Below, in pieces: positions 51,396 through 62,941 of a stretch of 64,000 bases of DNA. Numbering within the stretch: the first letter of the stretch is position 1; every line of letters begins with the position of its first letter. The DNA is taken from positions 434,001 through 498,000 of the forward strand of contig OZ287084.1 in NCBI GenBank assembly GCA_965645245.1, in the 5' to 3' direction. The notes under the pieces were generated by a model. It made no database searches, was not told the origin of the DNA, and saw nothing but the letters and a program-made list of their open reading frames with translations. A program made the position numbers and the translations under genes. Origin of the DNA: Massalongia carnosa (Eukaryota).

Positions 51396-52172
51396 GGCTA
51401 GGGTGAAGTTCGTCGACGACGATACAGAATAGAATCTGTAATGTGATACCTAAAGCTGTGTGATAGTGGGGGGATTGTTAGGGCTGGGACTGTGAGGGAA
51501 AGAAGAGCCGGAGGTTAGCTATATAGAGACCAATCAGCGCTGCCTAATCTCTGATCTTATGCGGACTGATGTGGAAGGCGCTGAGCCACAGTGCCACATC
51601 ATAAATCCATGACGTCTAGCTGCATATGACGTATGAGCCTGTAAGGTAACTATACATAGTACACTAAGTAGGTATTAATCAATCCCTAGTACCTTGTACT
51701 CTGTAACAGAAAACAGAATACAGAGTACCGAGTACAGACTAGAGAGTACTCTGTACGGCGTCTTGATTCGTAGCGACGACGAACTCTTTTCCGACCGTCT
51801 TATCTGTCGCCTTCAATGTCTCTCCATAGCTGATCGGGACCAGATCTTCATAGTGGTTTAACCTGCTCAGCGCATGACAGCCCCAAAATGATCTTCAAGT
51901 ACTGGATCGATGAGGACTAAAGAATTCTTCACGCTCAATGATAGGCTGGTTGGCCCAGTCACGGGATTACTATCCTATTCAATGTTGTATCTTCGTCTTC
52001 AACATTAACCAACATTAACCATTCTTTTATTTTAATCCATTCTCTCTAATCATCTTATGGCGAGTTCGTCCCAGAGTTAAATTAATCCCTTATATTTATA
52101 CACATCTTTAAGCCTAATCGTCTTTTGACCCGGGTGGATCTTTCTTCAGCTCTCCCGTTTCTGCTACTGGCG

Positions 52173-54201
52173 ATGACGAGCATGATTTCCCTCGTAACGT
52201 TATTCCTTGCAGCAGTCTCAACTCGCTATGTGTTCAAAACCTATCGTGCCTATGCGCGAAACTTGGCCATCGCCAAATCGTCTGGTCTCGTGTACATATC
52301 AAGTCCAATCGACATGGTACGTAGATACTGGTTGGTACTGCAGCGCTTTGTCATTCCTTTTCTTCGTCAGCTGCCCGCGACCTGGACCGAGGATTGGCTT
52401 GAGATTTCCGGCTCGGATAGTGTATGGATTCATCAGTACACATATTTCAAAAAATATGGGACCGATACCTTTCTTGTGGTCTCTCCGAATAGAATTGTGC
52501 TCTGGACAGCGGACCCGTCAGTCATATGTCAGATGACATCTAGGAGGGCCGATTTCCCCAAGCCGCTAAAGACGTACAAGTCTTTGAACATATATGGTCT
52601 TAATGTCGTGACAACAGAGGGTCAGCGGTGGAAACTGCACCGAAAAATCACAAGCCCGCCGTTCTCGGAGAAAAACAATCATCTGGTCTGGGCTGAAAGT
52701 CTTCGTCAAGCCCAAGCAATGATGGGTTACTGGATCGATGGCAAGAAGACGTCCCCCACTATCCACACAGTTGCTAAAGACACAATGAGACTTAGCCTGT
52801 ATGTGATTAGCCTTGCCGGGTTCGGGAAGCGTTTGTCGTGGCCTAATAGCCAGGATGAGAGAGACTCGTCACTCGATTCCCAAACTGGTGAGGGACATAC
52901 GTTGAGTTATACCAATGCGTTAAGCTTTCTTCTTGAAAACATCATTTGGCTTTTCTTGCTGCGACCGCAGGTGATTAGTAAGTACTACCTTGAATCGATC
53001 TTCTTGGTTGACGCTGATAACCTGGGTAGAAAATCTACCCTTTCAAAAAACCAAGCAGGTTTATAACGCCTACATAGAATGGGGCAGATATCTAAACGAA
53101 ATGCTCCAAGCCAAAAAGGCTGAAGCTAACTCCGGCATAAAGATGAAAAACCTGGATCTAATGGGTGCATTGATCGGCGCAGGAACCGAAGAATCGCCCA
53201 CTGCATCTTCTTTGGGTGAAAAGGAAGCAGAGGAAGGAGCAATACCTAAACAAGCCCTCACTGACTCCGAAATCATGGGCAACGCATTTGTCTTCACTCT
53301 CGCCGGCCACGAATCCACAGCCAACGTCATTCACTATTCTCTGGTCCTCCTAGCCATGCATCCCTCCTCCCAGCGCCGCCTACAAGCCGACCTCGATGCT
53401 ATCTTTCGCGGGCGCCCCATCAGCGAATGGGATTACGAGCGGGATTTGCCTAAGCTCTTCGGCGGCATGTGCGGCGCCGTCCTGAATGAGGAACTCCGTC
53501 TCATCCCGGTTGCCCCCTCCATCCCCAAATGCACCTTAGAAACGCCCCAGGATATCATCATCAACGGCAAGAAGCACACGATTTCACCGCATACCTATAT
53601 CGGCCTCATCGCCACCGCCGTGCACCGCAACCCAAATTACTGGCCACACGGGCCCCCTACAGACCCCGAACATCCCGTACATCCAACCTCTAACACAGAC
53701 AATGACCTCGAGGAGTTTAAGCCCGAGCGCTGGTTCCTAGAGCCACAAAAATCTACCGCAAAGCACGAATCTCTTCCTCGACCAGCGCCAACCTCCACCG
53801 AGCCGGAATCAGCGCTCGGTATCAACGTCGCCCCAGACACCTCCCCCGCACTTTACCGTCCCATTAGGGGCGCCTACATTCCCTTCAGCGAAGGGCACCG
53901 CGCTTGTCTCGGCAGGCGCTTTGCGCAAGTGGAGGTTCTAGCTGTGCTAGCGGTGATCCTAAGCCAGTACTCCGTTGAACTGGCCCTGGACGCGGATGGC
54001 GAGGATGGCGAAAGGGGAGTGAGTGATGAGGAGTTAGACGCCATGAGCGAGGTAGAGGTGAGGGAACTGTGGGAGCGGAAGAAGAGGGGGTTGTGGAAGT
54101 TGATGAGAACACGCATGGCCACGATTATCACGCTTCAGCTCAGGGGCTGCCACGTGCCTTTAAGGTTCGTCAAGAGGGGAGGGGAGAGGGTTCGGTGGTG
54201 A
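52173..54201 (+). CDS. Cytochrome P450 monooxygenase
   Basis: Exons 52173-52977 and 53030-54201. N-terminal anchor, WKLHRK, I-helix AGHESTA, EELR, FKPERW, heme motif FSEGHRACLG. Confidence 0.95.
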
Positions 54202-56083
54202 GGGAGATGGTACAAAGAGGAGCAGCGTGGCAAGTAGACTTAGTACCGTGTTTGGGATAGTGGAACTGGGACCCTAGCCTGCTTGAACGCAAAATCCGAG
54301 TTCACGTTTGAAACCCACCACTCCTGTCTGGTTGTTGGATATTTTTAGGCATCACCACTTTTCTCCCCAAGCATCTCCGGCGCTTTTGCTCCCCCTTTCC
54401 TTCTCTAGCTGTTTCGGTCCACCCAGATACCACCTCTCAAATCCCCTTTCCCCAGCCTCCTCCGTCGGTTCCGGACTCCTGAACTCCTCCCTATCTACTA
54501 CTTCCCCTTTCATTCACCCCTTCTATGCCTCTTATACAAACGAACACCTTACGTACATATATATCTATCCATCTTGCTTCTCCCATCCCACCCCCTCCCT
54601 AGCTCCTCTTCTCGTCATCGACTATAGCAATACTAAATTCTGCACGTAGATCCGTGAAATAACCGCCAAAATAAAAAAAACGATACACAGACACACGGCA
54701 GACCTCATGGAGGTCATATCAGAATCGCACACCTACCCCCACAAGCAGCCTCATTATCCACCCAAAAAAAACACACCGAGCTGTTCATGTAACTGATTCA
54801 AACAACCCGCGAAACATTTAATCATGTTTTGCCAACTCAACAACAACACAGTCAATGTGACGTTCAATAAAAAAACAAATCAACGTCGATTAATTACTGA
54901 CTCATTTTAAAGCAATGAAATTCGTTACCGCTTGATTAACGAAAACAGGTTTGCTGACACAATTGTCGTTGACAGCATAACACCTAATCGTGTAAAGAAA
55001 CTGTACAGTGAACACATATTTACCTACCCATATACAAATAGTAAATGAAACGCAAACATGGAAAGTGAGTCGCGTGAAGTTGCGACTGTTGTTAGAGAAG
55101 GAAAGGGGGAAGAGGGGAAAGGAGGATCGTTTGGTCTAGCATCGTCTCATCACCCCAAACTCCCAACCCCCCAACCTATTTACTGCTTATCCCAGGTTGC
55201 CTAAAGAACAATAATAGGAAAACACCTTGGTTGCATGATTTGATGCCTTCTTCTGAGATTTGGGGGCTGGGGGCTGAGGGCCGGCTGGGGGGGCCGGGAG
55301 CGCTGGCTAGGGCGAAAGAGGGGGAAAGGGAAGGTGAAAGTTTCGCGAGAGGAGGAGGTTGGAGGGAAAAAGGATACTTGCTTTTTCTTTGATTTGAGAG
55401 TTTCTGAACTCGAGAGCCATGAGTTTTGAGTTTTGAGTAAATAGTGTTGAATATATTGAATATACTGCAATGCGCAAGAAGAAGAAAGCCCATCGCATCC
55501 TCCCTCCCTTTTCTCTCTCTTGCATCAATCATGGCTCAACTCGAGTCCCTTTTCCCCCCATAGCCTATTCCACCCCACCCTATTCCCCCATATTTTGCCT
55601 TCCCCCCCCCTCTGTTCCTGAATGAAAGAAAGTAACAGGTATCACTAGGTTCGGTAAGTGGCTCGCTCGCAGGGCAGAAAAGGGGGGATTGGTCTCTTCC
55701 TCCTTAGGGCGTGTAGTATATTTTAAACCCCTCCTAACAGGTCGGGGTATATAGAGCTCTGGAGAGGGGTATCGCGGAGTAATGAGGTGAGAGGGGTTTG
55801 ATGTGTGTGGGTATGGGGATGGGGATGGGGATATTGTATGTATGTATAAAAGAGTGGGGGGGTAATTAAATATCTTCAGAGGAAAAGGGTAAGGGAAAGA
55901 AATATTCGGCTTACCTTTTAAGAAAAATGGTAGAGTAAGTAAAGGGGGTGTAGACGACAACGGCAGGTTTTTATGTTTAGAAAGGAAAATGAGAAAAAGA
56001 AAATGCCAAAGAACTCGCCTGGAAGGAGTCCAGGTGCGCTTTTTCGGTTTCTTGTGTTGCGTAACAAGAGGACCAGTAACGAT

Positions 56084-56107
56084 TGCTGCTGCTGCTGCTG
56101 CTGCTGC
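56084..56107. repeat. (TGC)n microsatellite
   Basis: 8 tandem TGC units. Confidence 0.9.
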
Positions 56108-56500
56108 ACAACCAAGGAAAGGGGAGGAATCCGCACGCTGGGAATATCAAGTCTCCATTCTCCCTACGGACAACAGCAAAAGCTGAAGTTGTGTCAAGCA
56201 AGGGGACAGAACAGAACAACACATGCAAAGGGTAAATGATTCGCCGACGCAACACCAAATCACTCCTCATCCCATCCTCCAAAGCCCTTCTTACAAGAAC
56301 GAAACACTCCACTCCACCCAACCCCATTGAACCAAACCTTGACTCTTGAACCCGAAACACCAAGCCGCCACCGCCGCCGCACGGTCGCTGCGTTGCCACT
56401 GCTTTCATAATCCAGCCAGTGGCATATCTGCAGACTGGGTATCCAAATCTTTCCCTCAAACCCATCCACTTCGTCTACCCCTCCCCAATCACCTTCCACC

Positions 56501-58526
56501 CTACTCGGTACCACTCCCCGCGCTCACGCTCCGCAAAGAATCATCCTGCTTCCCACGACTCATCCACCCCGAGATCCAACTAGCCCGATTCGCCTTTTTC
56601 TTCGCCGCCAGATCTGCCTCGTCCAGCTTCCCTGCCGCAATGCCCTGCAACGTGCCCTCTATATCACGGTTTTCCTGCACAAGACGTAGCGGGCGCAGCT
56701 TACTCTGCGTCATCACTGCCCCAGTGTAGTTATTCGGTAGGGCATTGGCGCGCGGGGCACCAGCCGTGGAGCCGATTTCACCGCTATTATCGCTGAAGGT
56801 GCTGTTGGAACTGCTGCCGGACCTTTCTTGACCGAGGCGCGAGCCAGATGGGGTGCGGGATGAGGTGCTGTTGATATTTGCAGCTCCGAAGTAGGAATTT
56901 CGCGAAGGAATGCTGCTGGGCGGTAAGCCAGGGCTCATCATGGCTCCAGACCCTGTTGATGGAGGACCGCGATACATTTGGTTGACTAAAGGCGCGACGG
57001 ATGCTAAGTCGGACTGGGATCGTCGATGTGCGCTCGTGCCACGAGTTGATTGCGAACGGGAGAGGGGAATGCTGGGAGCTTTAGATAGATCTTCATTGGG
57101 AGTGCTGGGAACCTTGAAAGGATTTTCAGAAATGCTGGGAGCCGACGCTTGAGATGGTATCAGGCTAACAGGCCTGGGACGGCGCGGGCCACCAACAACT
57201 GATCTTGCCCGCTGTAGCATGGAGGGTGGGGCGTCGTCGTCCTTGGGAGGCGGCGGGGGAAGCTCCTTGTCAAAGTGCATAGAGGTATGGCGTGGTGCCC
57301 CAGACATAAGATCCGGCGTTTTATCCAAGATATTTTCGAATTCCTTATGCTGCAACAGGCGGCCGATGATATTCTCAATATATAGCGTTAAAGCTTTATT
57401 CTGATCTTTCAATGACTTGGCTTCAAGCTCCAACCGGCGATAATTGTCGCTTTCACCTTCGGCCGATTCTAATTCTTCAGCCAGAGAGCCTAGCCTCCCT
57501 CGCCCTTCCATGAGCTCTGTTTTGCTAAAGTCTCCGTTCAAGGTTTTCTCGCTTAGCAGGAGCTGAAAACTCTCGTTGTCCTCCATCAACCGGGCATTTG
57601 TAATCCGAGTTTCCAAAAGGCTCTTTTCCAGCTCGTGCATTCGACTTCCTCTTAGACTTTCAATTTCCATGTTCTTGATTTGTACTTCAGTTAACTCAAG
57701 CCGAAGGGTTTCAATAACCTTGTCTTTCTGTACGAGCAGGTTGGAATTGTTCTTCGAATCAACACGCGAGAGAGCCGACGGAGGTGCAAATTGTTCGTTC
57801 ACAATGTCTCCAGAGGATCTACTGCGAAAGTTCGCTTCGAGGTGTTAAAAAAGATCTTCAAGATTGTGCAATTCAGAGCTTACGAGATTTTGGAAGCCCT
57901 CTATCTTCATCGACACTGTAGCGCGCTTCTCGCTGTGCCCAGGTGTCTTTGAGCCTTTGAATCACCAACTCTAGCTCTTCTTGTTTGAGTTTCTGCTCAC
58001 TTTTGTCCCTCATGAACGCCATTCGCTCGGCCTCAAAGTTCGCTTCCAGGTCCCGTTTTTGTCTTGATTCCTGGAGTCTCGCACTTTCAAGCTCTTCCAT
58101 CTTTCCGGAATCTTCGGCCATTTGGTCTTCAAGCTTTGCTTGGTGCGATAATGAATCGTCCAAGCGTGTTTGGAGCAGATTCAGCTGACGTTGGTAGTCC
58201 TCGGATGCAGTTTCTGCCTTGCGCATTCTGCTCTTTAACTCGTCCATGATTGTTATGTTCTCCGCCCTTGCATCCTCCTCGCTTGGATCGTCTGAAACAT
58301 TGAAATTCATGTTGGCGTTGGGTGAAGGCCGTTTCACCGCTTCTCGGCCTGATCTATTAGACGTGCCAGCAGTTCCTCGTGTGGACTGGACTCTCGCAAG
58401 ACCGTTTGCTGTCACCGTTGTAGAACTAGCGCCGCGAGCCATGGGAGAGCGTGAAGGAGTTGACATGACAGCAGGTTTCGGGTTCAAGGACTTGGATGGG
58501 GATGGTTTCTTGGCAGCTGATGACAT
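56501..58526 (-). CDS. Coiled-coil protein with disordered Ser/Pro-rich C-terminus (possible Rab11-FIP-like motif)
   Basis: Exons 58526-57884 and 57834-56501 (GTAAGC...AAG, frame preserved). Long heptad-rich segments and the motif LKDQNKALTLYIENIIGRLL. Confidence 0.85.
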
Positions 58527-59202
58527 GATCGCATGTCGCCTCTCCCGCTAAATAGATGGGCTGTTGGATTACAAGTCAAAGGAGGCGTTTAGATGTTGGG
58601 CCTTAGCTAATCTTGAGATCCCTAAGGTACTCTGTGGCGGCGGACGTGCAAGACGAATTAGATTTAGTCGGTATAGCATGCAATAATGTTGGTTTGTTGC
58701 ATACTCTGTATGACAGTCAGATCGGTTCTTGTCGGACGCTGGATGCTTGTAAAAGTGCATCAGTTTATAAATAAACAATGTTCCGGACCCTGCATCAGCC
58801 ACCACTTTCGGCGAAAGCGTCACCGCGACGATGGATGAATGTGGTTCCCTCTGCTCTGCGAAGTACCCAAGTGATCAGTGATGGAAGCACCACCTTTGGT
58901 GGCGATTCGATTCAACGAGAAATCAAGACGATGTCAAGAAATACTCGTACGCAGACGTACGGAGTAGTTCTAGCAAACCAGGCTGACCTTCACTTCTTCG
59001 AAACCAGGGGTCGGGACCTCGTGGCGTAGAGGCTGAATAATTAGTTAGACCCAGAGTCACATGATCCTCGTCTAGTCCTCGGTTAATAAGGACGGAAACA
59101 CAACAATTTCCATTCTTGGCATTTACGAAATCTAATCAACCAAAAAGTCCGAAACGTCTTCACCATTACTAACAGTCTTAAAACCCCTTGGAGCCCACAA
59201 CG

Positions 59203-59810
59203 ATGGCACCAGTGAAGAAAGCAAAGAAGACTGCCGACTCCATCAATTCTCGCCTGGCTTTGGTCATGAAGAGCGGAAAAGGTGTGTAATCTAGCTCGCG
59301 ATTCAGTCGATGAAAGCACACAATGCCGTCTGCAGCACTAGCTAATTCTCGTTGCAATAAAGTCACTTTGGGCTACAAGTCGACGCTGAAGACCCTTCGC
59401 TCCGGCAAAGCAAAGCTTGTTATCATTGCTGGCAATACCCCTCCTCTGCGCAAGAGCGAGCTTGAGTGTATGATCGCCACCATCTCTTGAATGCGATCTC
59501 GCTCACAAAATCACACAGACTACTCCATGCTCTCGAAAACCAATGTTCATCACTTTGCAGGGAACAATGTAAGCTGTCACCGCCGACCCCAAAGCTCCGT
59601 AATAATCCATCAGCCCAACGACCAGACAAATGTCTTTGAGGGTTCACCCTGAGAAGAGGTCTTGAGATAAGACTTTGGAGGGTTCACAATTCAGCTGACG
59701 CGCCTTTACAGATTGAGCTAGGAACAGCGTGCGGCAAGCTTTTTAGATGTGGTGTCATTGCCGTCTTGGATGCCGGTGACTCGGATATCCTGAGTGGCGC
59801 TACAGCATAA
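59203..59810 (+). CDS. RPL30: 60S ribosomal protein L30 (eL30)
   Basis: Exons 59203-59281, 59363-59467, 59519-59568, 59712-59810 give [62 protein letters not shown]. Confidence 0.97.
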
Positions 59811-60061
59811 ATAGATAGCAATTGGTTGTGACTGATGGTAAACTTTACGCTGGTTACCATGTTACCCTTCTCTCTATATCGGTGTAGTGGGGATAGATGT
59901 ACATTTAATGAAAGAGATTTTGGGTGGTTAGATGTCATGAGCTTCACACACGAGCTAATTCTTTGATATCAAACACCTCTGGGTCCGAAACATTTGACGA
60001 GACCACCGACTAGCTAGATGTTGATTCATATAGGTCTGTGATGCGAAACGAGTCAACTTGA

Positions 60062-60074
60062 GCCCTAACCCTAA
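60062..60074. promoter_or_regulatory. Telomere-like GCCCTAACCCTAA motif (Tbf1/HomolE-type ribosomal-protein promoter element)
   Basis: Two CCCTAA units about 150 bp upstream of the RPL10 ATG, with AGTGACT (HomolD-like) at 60105-60111. Confidence 0.5.
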
Positions 60075-60220
60075 TTGGACGGAATAAGTTAGCAGCAAAA
60101 TCCTAGTGACTTTGATTTCAAAGCGATTTGAAGTCTATACATATATCATTTCTACGAACTCTGTCGACCTCCGACTTTATAAACTACAAGACACCGTTCG
60201 CAGGAATATAGTATTAAAAA

Positions 60221-61266
60221 ATGGCCCGCCGCCCAGCCAGATGTTATCGCTATTGCAAGAACAAGGTACGTCCACCATAACCCGCCTCGCACACAAACGG
60301 CGAAAATGGTACAAAAATCACCCCAAAATCACAATAACCACAAGAACTCATGACTGCCTCGTTCCAAGAGTATCACATAAAAGCTTACCTGAACCTTCTC
60401 TCTACCAGCCATATCCCAAATCCCGCTTCAATCGCGGTGTGCCCGACCCCAAAATCCGCATCTTCGATCTCGGCCGCAAGCGCGCCAACGTGGATGAGTT
60501 CCCGCTGTGCGTGCACATGGTCTCGAACGAGTACGAGCAGCTCTCTTCCGAAGCCCTCGAGGCCGCTCGTATCTGCGCCAATAAGTACATCCTCATTTCA
60601 TGGCATTCCATCATATCAGCTCCAGCAAAACAAACATCCCACCCAATATCTCCCTCCTCAAACACGATATTCAAGACCGCCGACTAACCGCTGCTCGGAA
60701 CTAAACTTTAGATACCTCGTCAAGATTGCCGGCAAGGAAGGTTTCCATCTCCGTGTCCGCGCCCATCCATACCACGTCGTTCGCATCAACAAGATGTTGT
60801 CATGCGCGGGGGCCGATCGACTGCAAACTGGTATGCGGGGCGCGTGGGGAAAACCCAACGGCTCCGTCGCCCGTGTGAACATTGGCCAGATTCTGCTATC
60901 CGTGCGAACACGTGATAATCGTACGTCCACACCCCTCTCTTTCCCTGATTCCTGCACCTTTCCCCTCACCCTTCATTCCCCCCTTCCCAGTCCCGAACCT
61001 TATGTACCCCCCCTAACAAATCTCCAGACCGCGCCACCGCAATCGAAGCCCTCCGCCGCTCGCAATACAAGTTCCCAGGACGGCAAAAGATCATCGTCAG
61101 CAAGAACTGGGGCTTCACCCCGCTGCGGCGCGACGAGTACCAGGCCAAGCGCGCCGCGGGCCAGATCCGCATTGACGGCGCCTATGTGCAGTTTCTGCGC
61201 AACAAGGGGCCGATTGAGCGGAATTTGGGGAAGTTCCCGGAGGCGTTTGAGACTGCGGAGGCGTAG
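60221..61266 (+). CDS. RPL10: 60S ribosomal protein L10 (uL16)
   Basis: Exons 60221-60265, 60409-60584, 60712-60920, 61028-61266. [54 protein letters not shown]. Confidence 0.98.
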
Positions 61267-61991
61267 GTGGGGTGGATAATTGGGTTGGGGGTGAGGGGAG
61301 GAGATGATGGGGAAGAGCGCGGAGTGCAGGAGGGGGAGGAATGGGGCTTGTCGGTTGACTAAGTACATGGCTAGATCTGAATCAAGCCGCTATGATATGA
61401 ATAGAGGAGTAGAAAGCATTCGCTTTATCTGGGGGTCACCGCAATGCCAAACCCTCTCCCACCTACGTATGAATCCAAATCCACGTACCTTCTTTAATAC
61501 TTACTGTTCTCGTAAATTACCACACACTCAGGACTAATTGCATCACAACGAAACGAAAAGTTGTTTTGTGTGTTAAAAAAATTGGGGAATCATTTAGAAT
61601 TCTTAGCCACACTTTTCCGCGCTTACTGTATGTACCACAAGCTACGACCACCCCAACTCATCGAACCACGCCCTCCTGAGCTTTGTTTTTTAAAAAAAAA
61701 CACATGATTCAGCAACCAAAGCCCTCGAAAAAATTCTGCATCAAATATCGAAAACTAGCTCCCTAAGTCAAGATTCTACTTATTTTGGGAAACTTTGGAT
61801 CGAGCTGTGAGCATAAGTGATGAAGATGTGGAGCTATTATTAGCGGTTACAAGAGTTGGAAAGCCGGCATGCTGGTGGCGATGAGCTGCTGGCGCGAGAG
61901 TCAAGGCGGGTCCAGGGACCTTCTAGAGGAATGAGGAGTTTGGAGCCGCTCTTAGCATGGTGTTAGTAGGTCTGGAGTATGGGCCGAGAAT

Positions 61992-62641
61992 TCAATTTTT
62001 CTCGATGCATACCGTTGACAGAACGTTGCGGGCCTTGAGGGGAACGCCTTCATCCTGGGATACTGTCAGCCTACGAACAGGATGGGCTTGTGGAGCGTGG
62101 AATACCTGAACCTGTTTGTGCCTGAATGTGGTATCAATGTTGCGATTCTTCAGAGGGACTCCTTCGCCCTTGAGGAATGTCAATGATTACGGATACTGGG
62201 GCTTGGGGTCGAGGGTTCAGTTACCTGGACCCACTCGTGGCTGGAGATGGTGTCGACATTGCGGTTATTTAGGGGAACACCTTCATCCTTCGAAAAGGAT
62301 TAGCACCTTTGATAGTGGGTCAAGGCCTGGTATATTGGATTACCTGAACCCACTCATGAGCGGAGGTGCTGTCCACGTCACGCTGCTTAAGGGGAACGCC
62401 TTCGTCCTTTAAGAAGGATAAGTGTTTTTGCCATCGAGCTAATAGTTGGCTGAATTAATTACCTGTACCCATTCGTGGGTGGAGGTGGAATCAGCGTCCC
62501 GGGATTTCAACTTAATACCCTCGTCCTACGAGGGATGTTAGCCAGGACTATGATAAAACCTTTTTAGCTTTGAAGTTACTTGAACTCGCTCATGGGTAGA
62601 AATGCTGTCGACATCGCGTTGAACGAAGCGCTTGGCGAAGC
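61992..62641 (-). CDS. Multi-exon tandem-repeat peptide precursor (KEP/RiPP-like); 5' end unresolved, may be a pseudogene
   Basis: Exons 62641-62580, 62525-62463, 62406-62344, 62287-62225, 62168-62106 and 62054 onward, separated by GT..AG introns of 54, 56, 56, 56 and 51 nt. The spliced frame is open and encodes five 21-aa repeats. It ends at TGA 61992, or at 61840 via a further intron 62012-61951. Confidence 0.75.
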
Positions 62642-62941
62642 CTGAAGTGGGCGGGAAAGCATTAGCGGATCCATCTCCAGCATCTCAAAAACATATCATT
62701 GGCATATATATGAGAATAAAGGCTTGGTTTATTAAGGAGAGCAGATTGAAAGCATATAGACAGAAACAGAAAGAAATTTATCTGGTCGCCTATCCTCCCA
62801 ACCGGCAAAAAGAAATACATGAAGACAAAAAAAAATCCCGTCCAAATCTCCCTTGAACAGCGACCTAAAAGGGACCGCAAGACTGAGTTAAATAAGCTTG
62901 AGAGTCTTCTTCTTTTCGCAGTTTCAAACTATGGGGCGTAG

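Noticed and set aside
52173..54201. P450 as a tailoring enzyme for the repeat peptide, or part of a biosynthetic cluster
   Set aside because: It lies 8 kb away, separated by housekeeping genes, and there is no PKS, NRPS or DUF3328 gene in the window.
54780..55020. AT-rich segment with weak inverted ends (MITE?)
   Set aside because: The end similarity is short and gapped, with no TSD.
59167..59175. TACTAACAG upstream of RPL30 as a 5'-UTR intron end
   Set aside because: I found no convincing donor at a suitable distance.
62040..62640. ~119-bp periodic repeat as a CRISPR array or ankyrin repeat
   Set aside because: The context is eukaryotic, the 'spacers' carry splice signals and the conserved parts are codon-structured exons with no ankyrin consensus.
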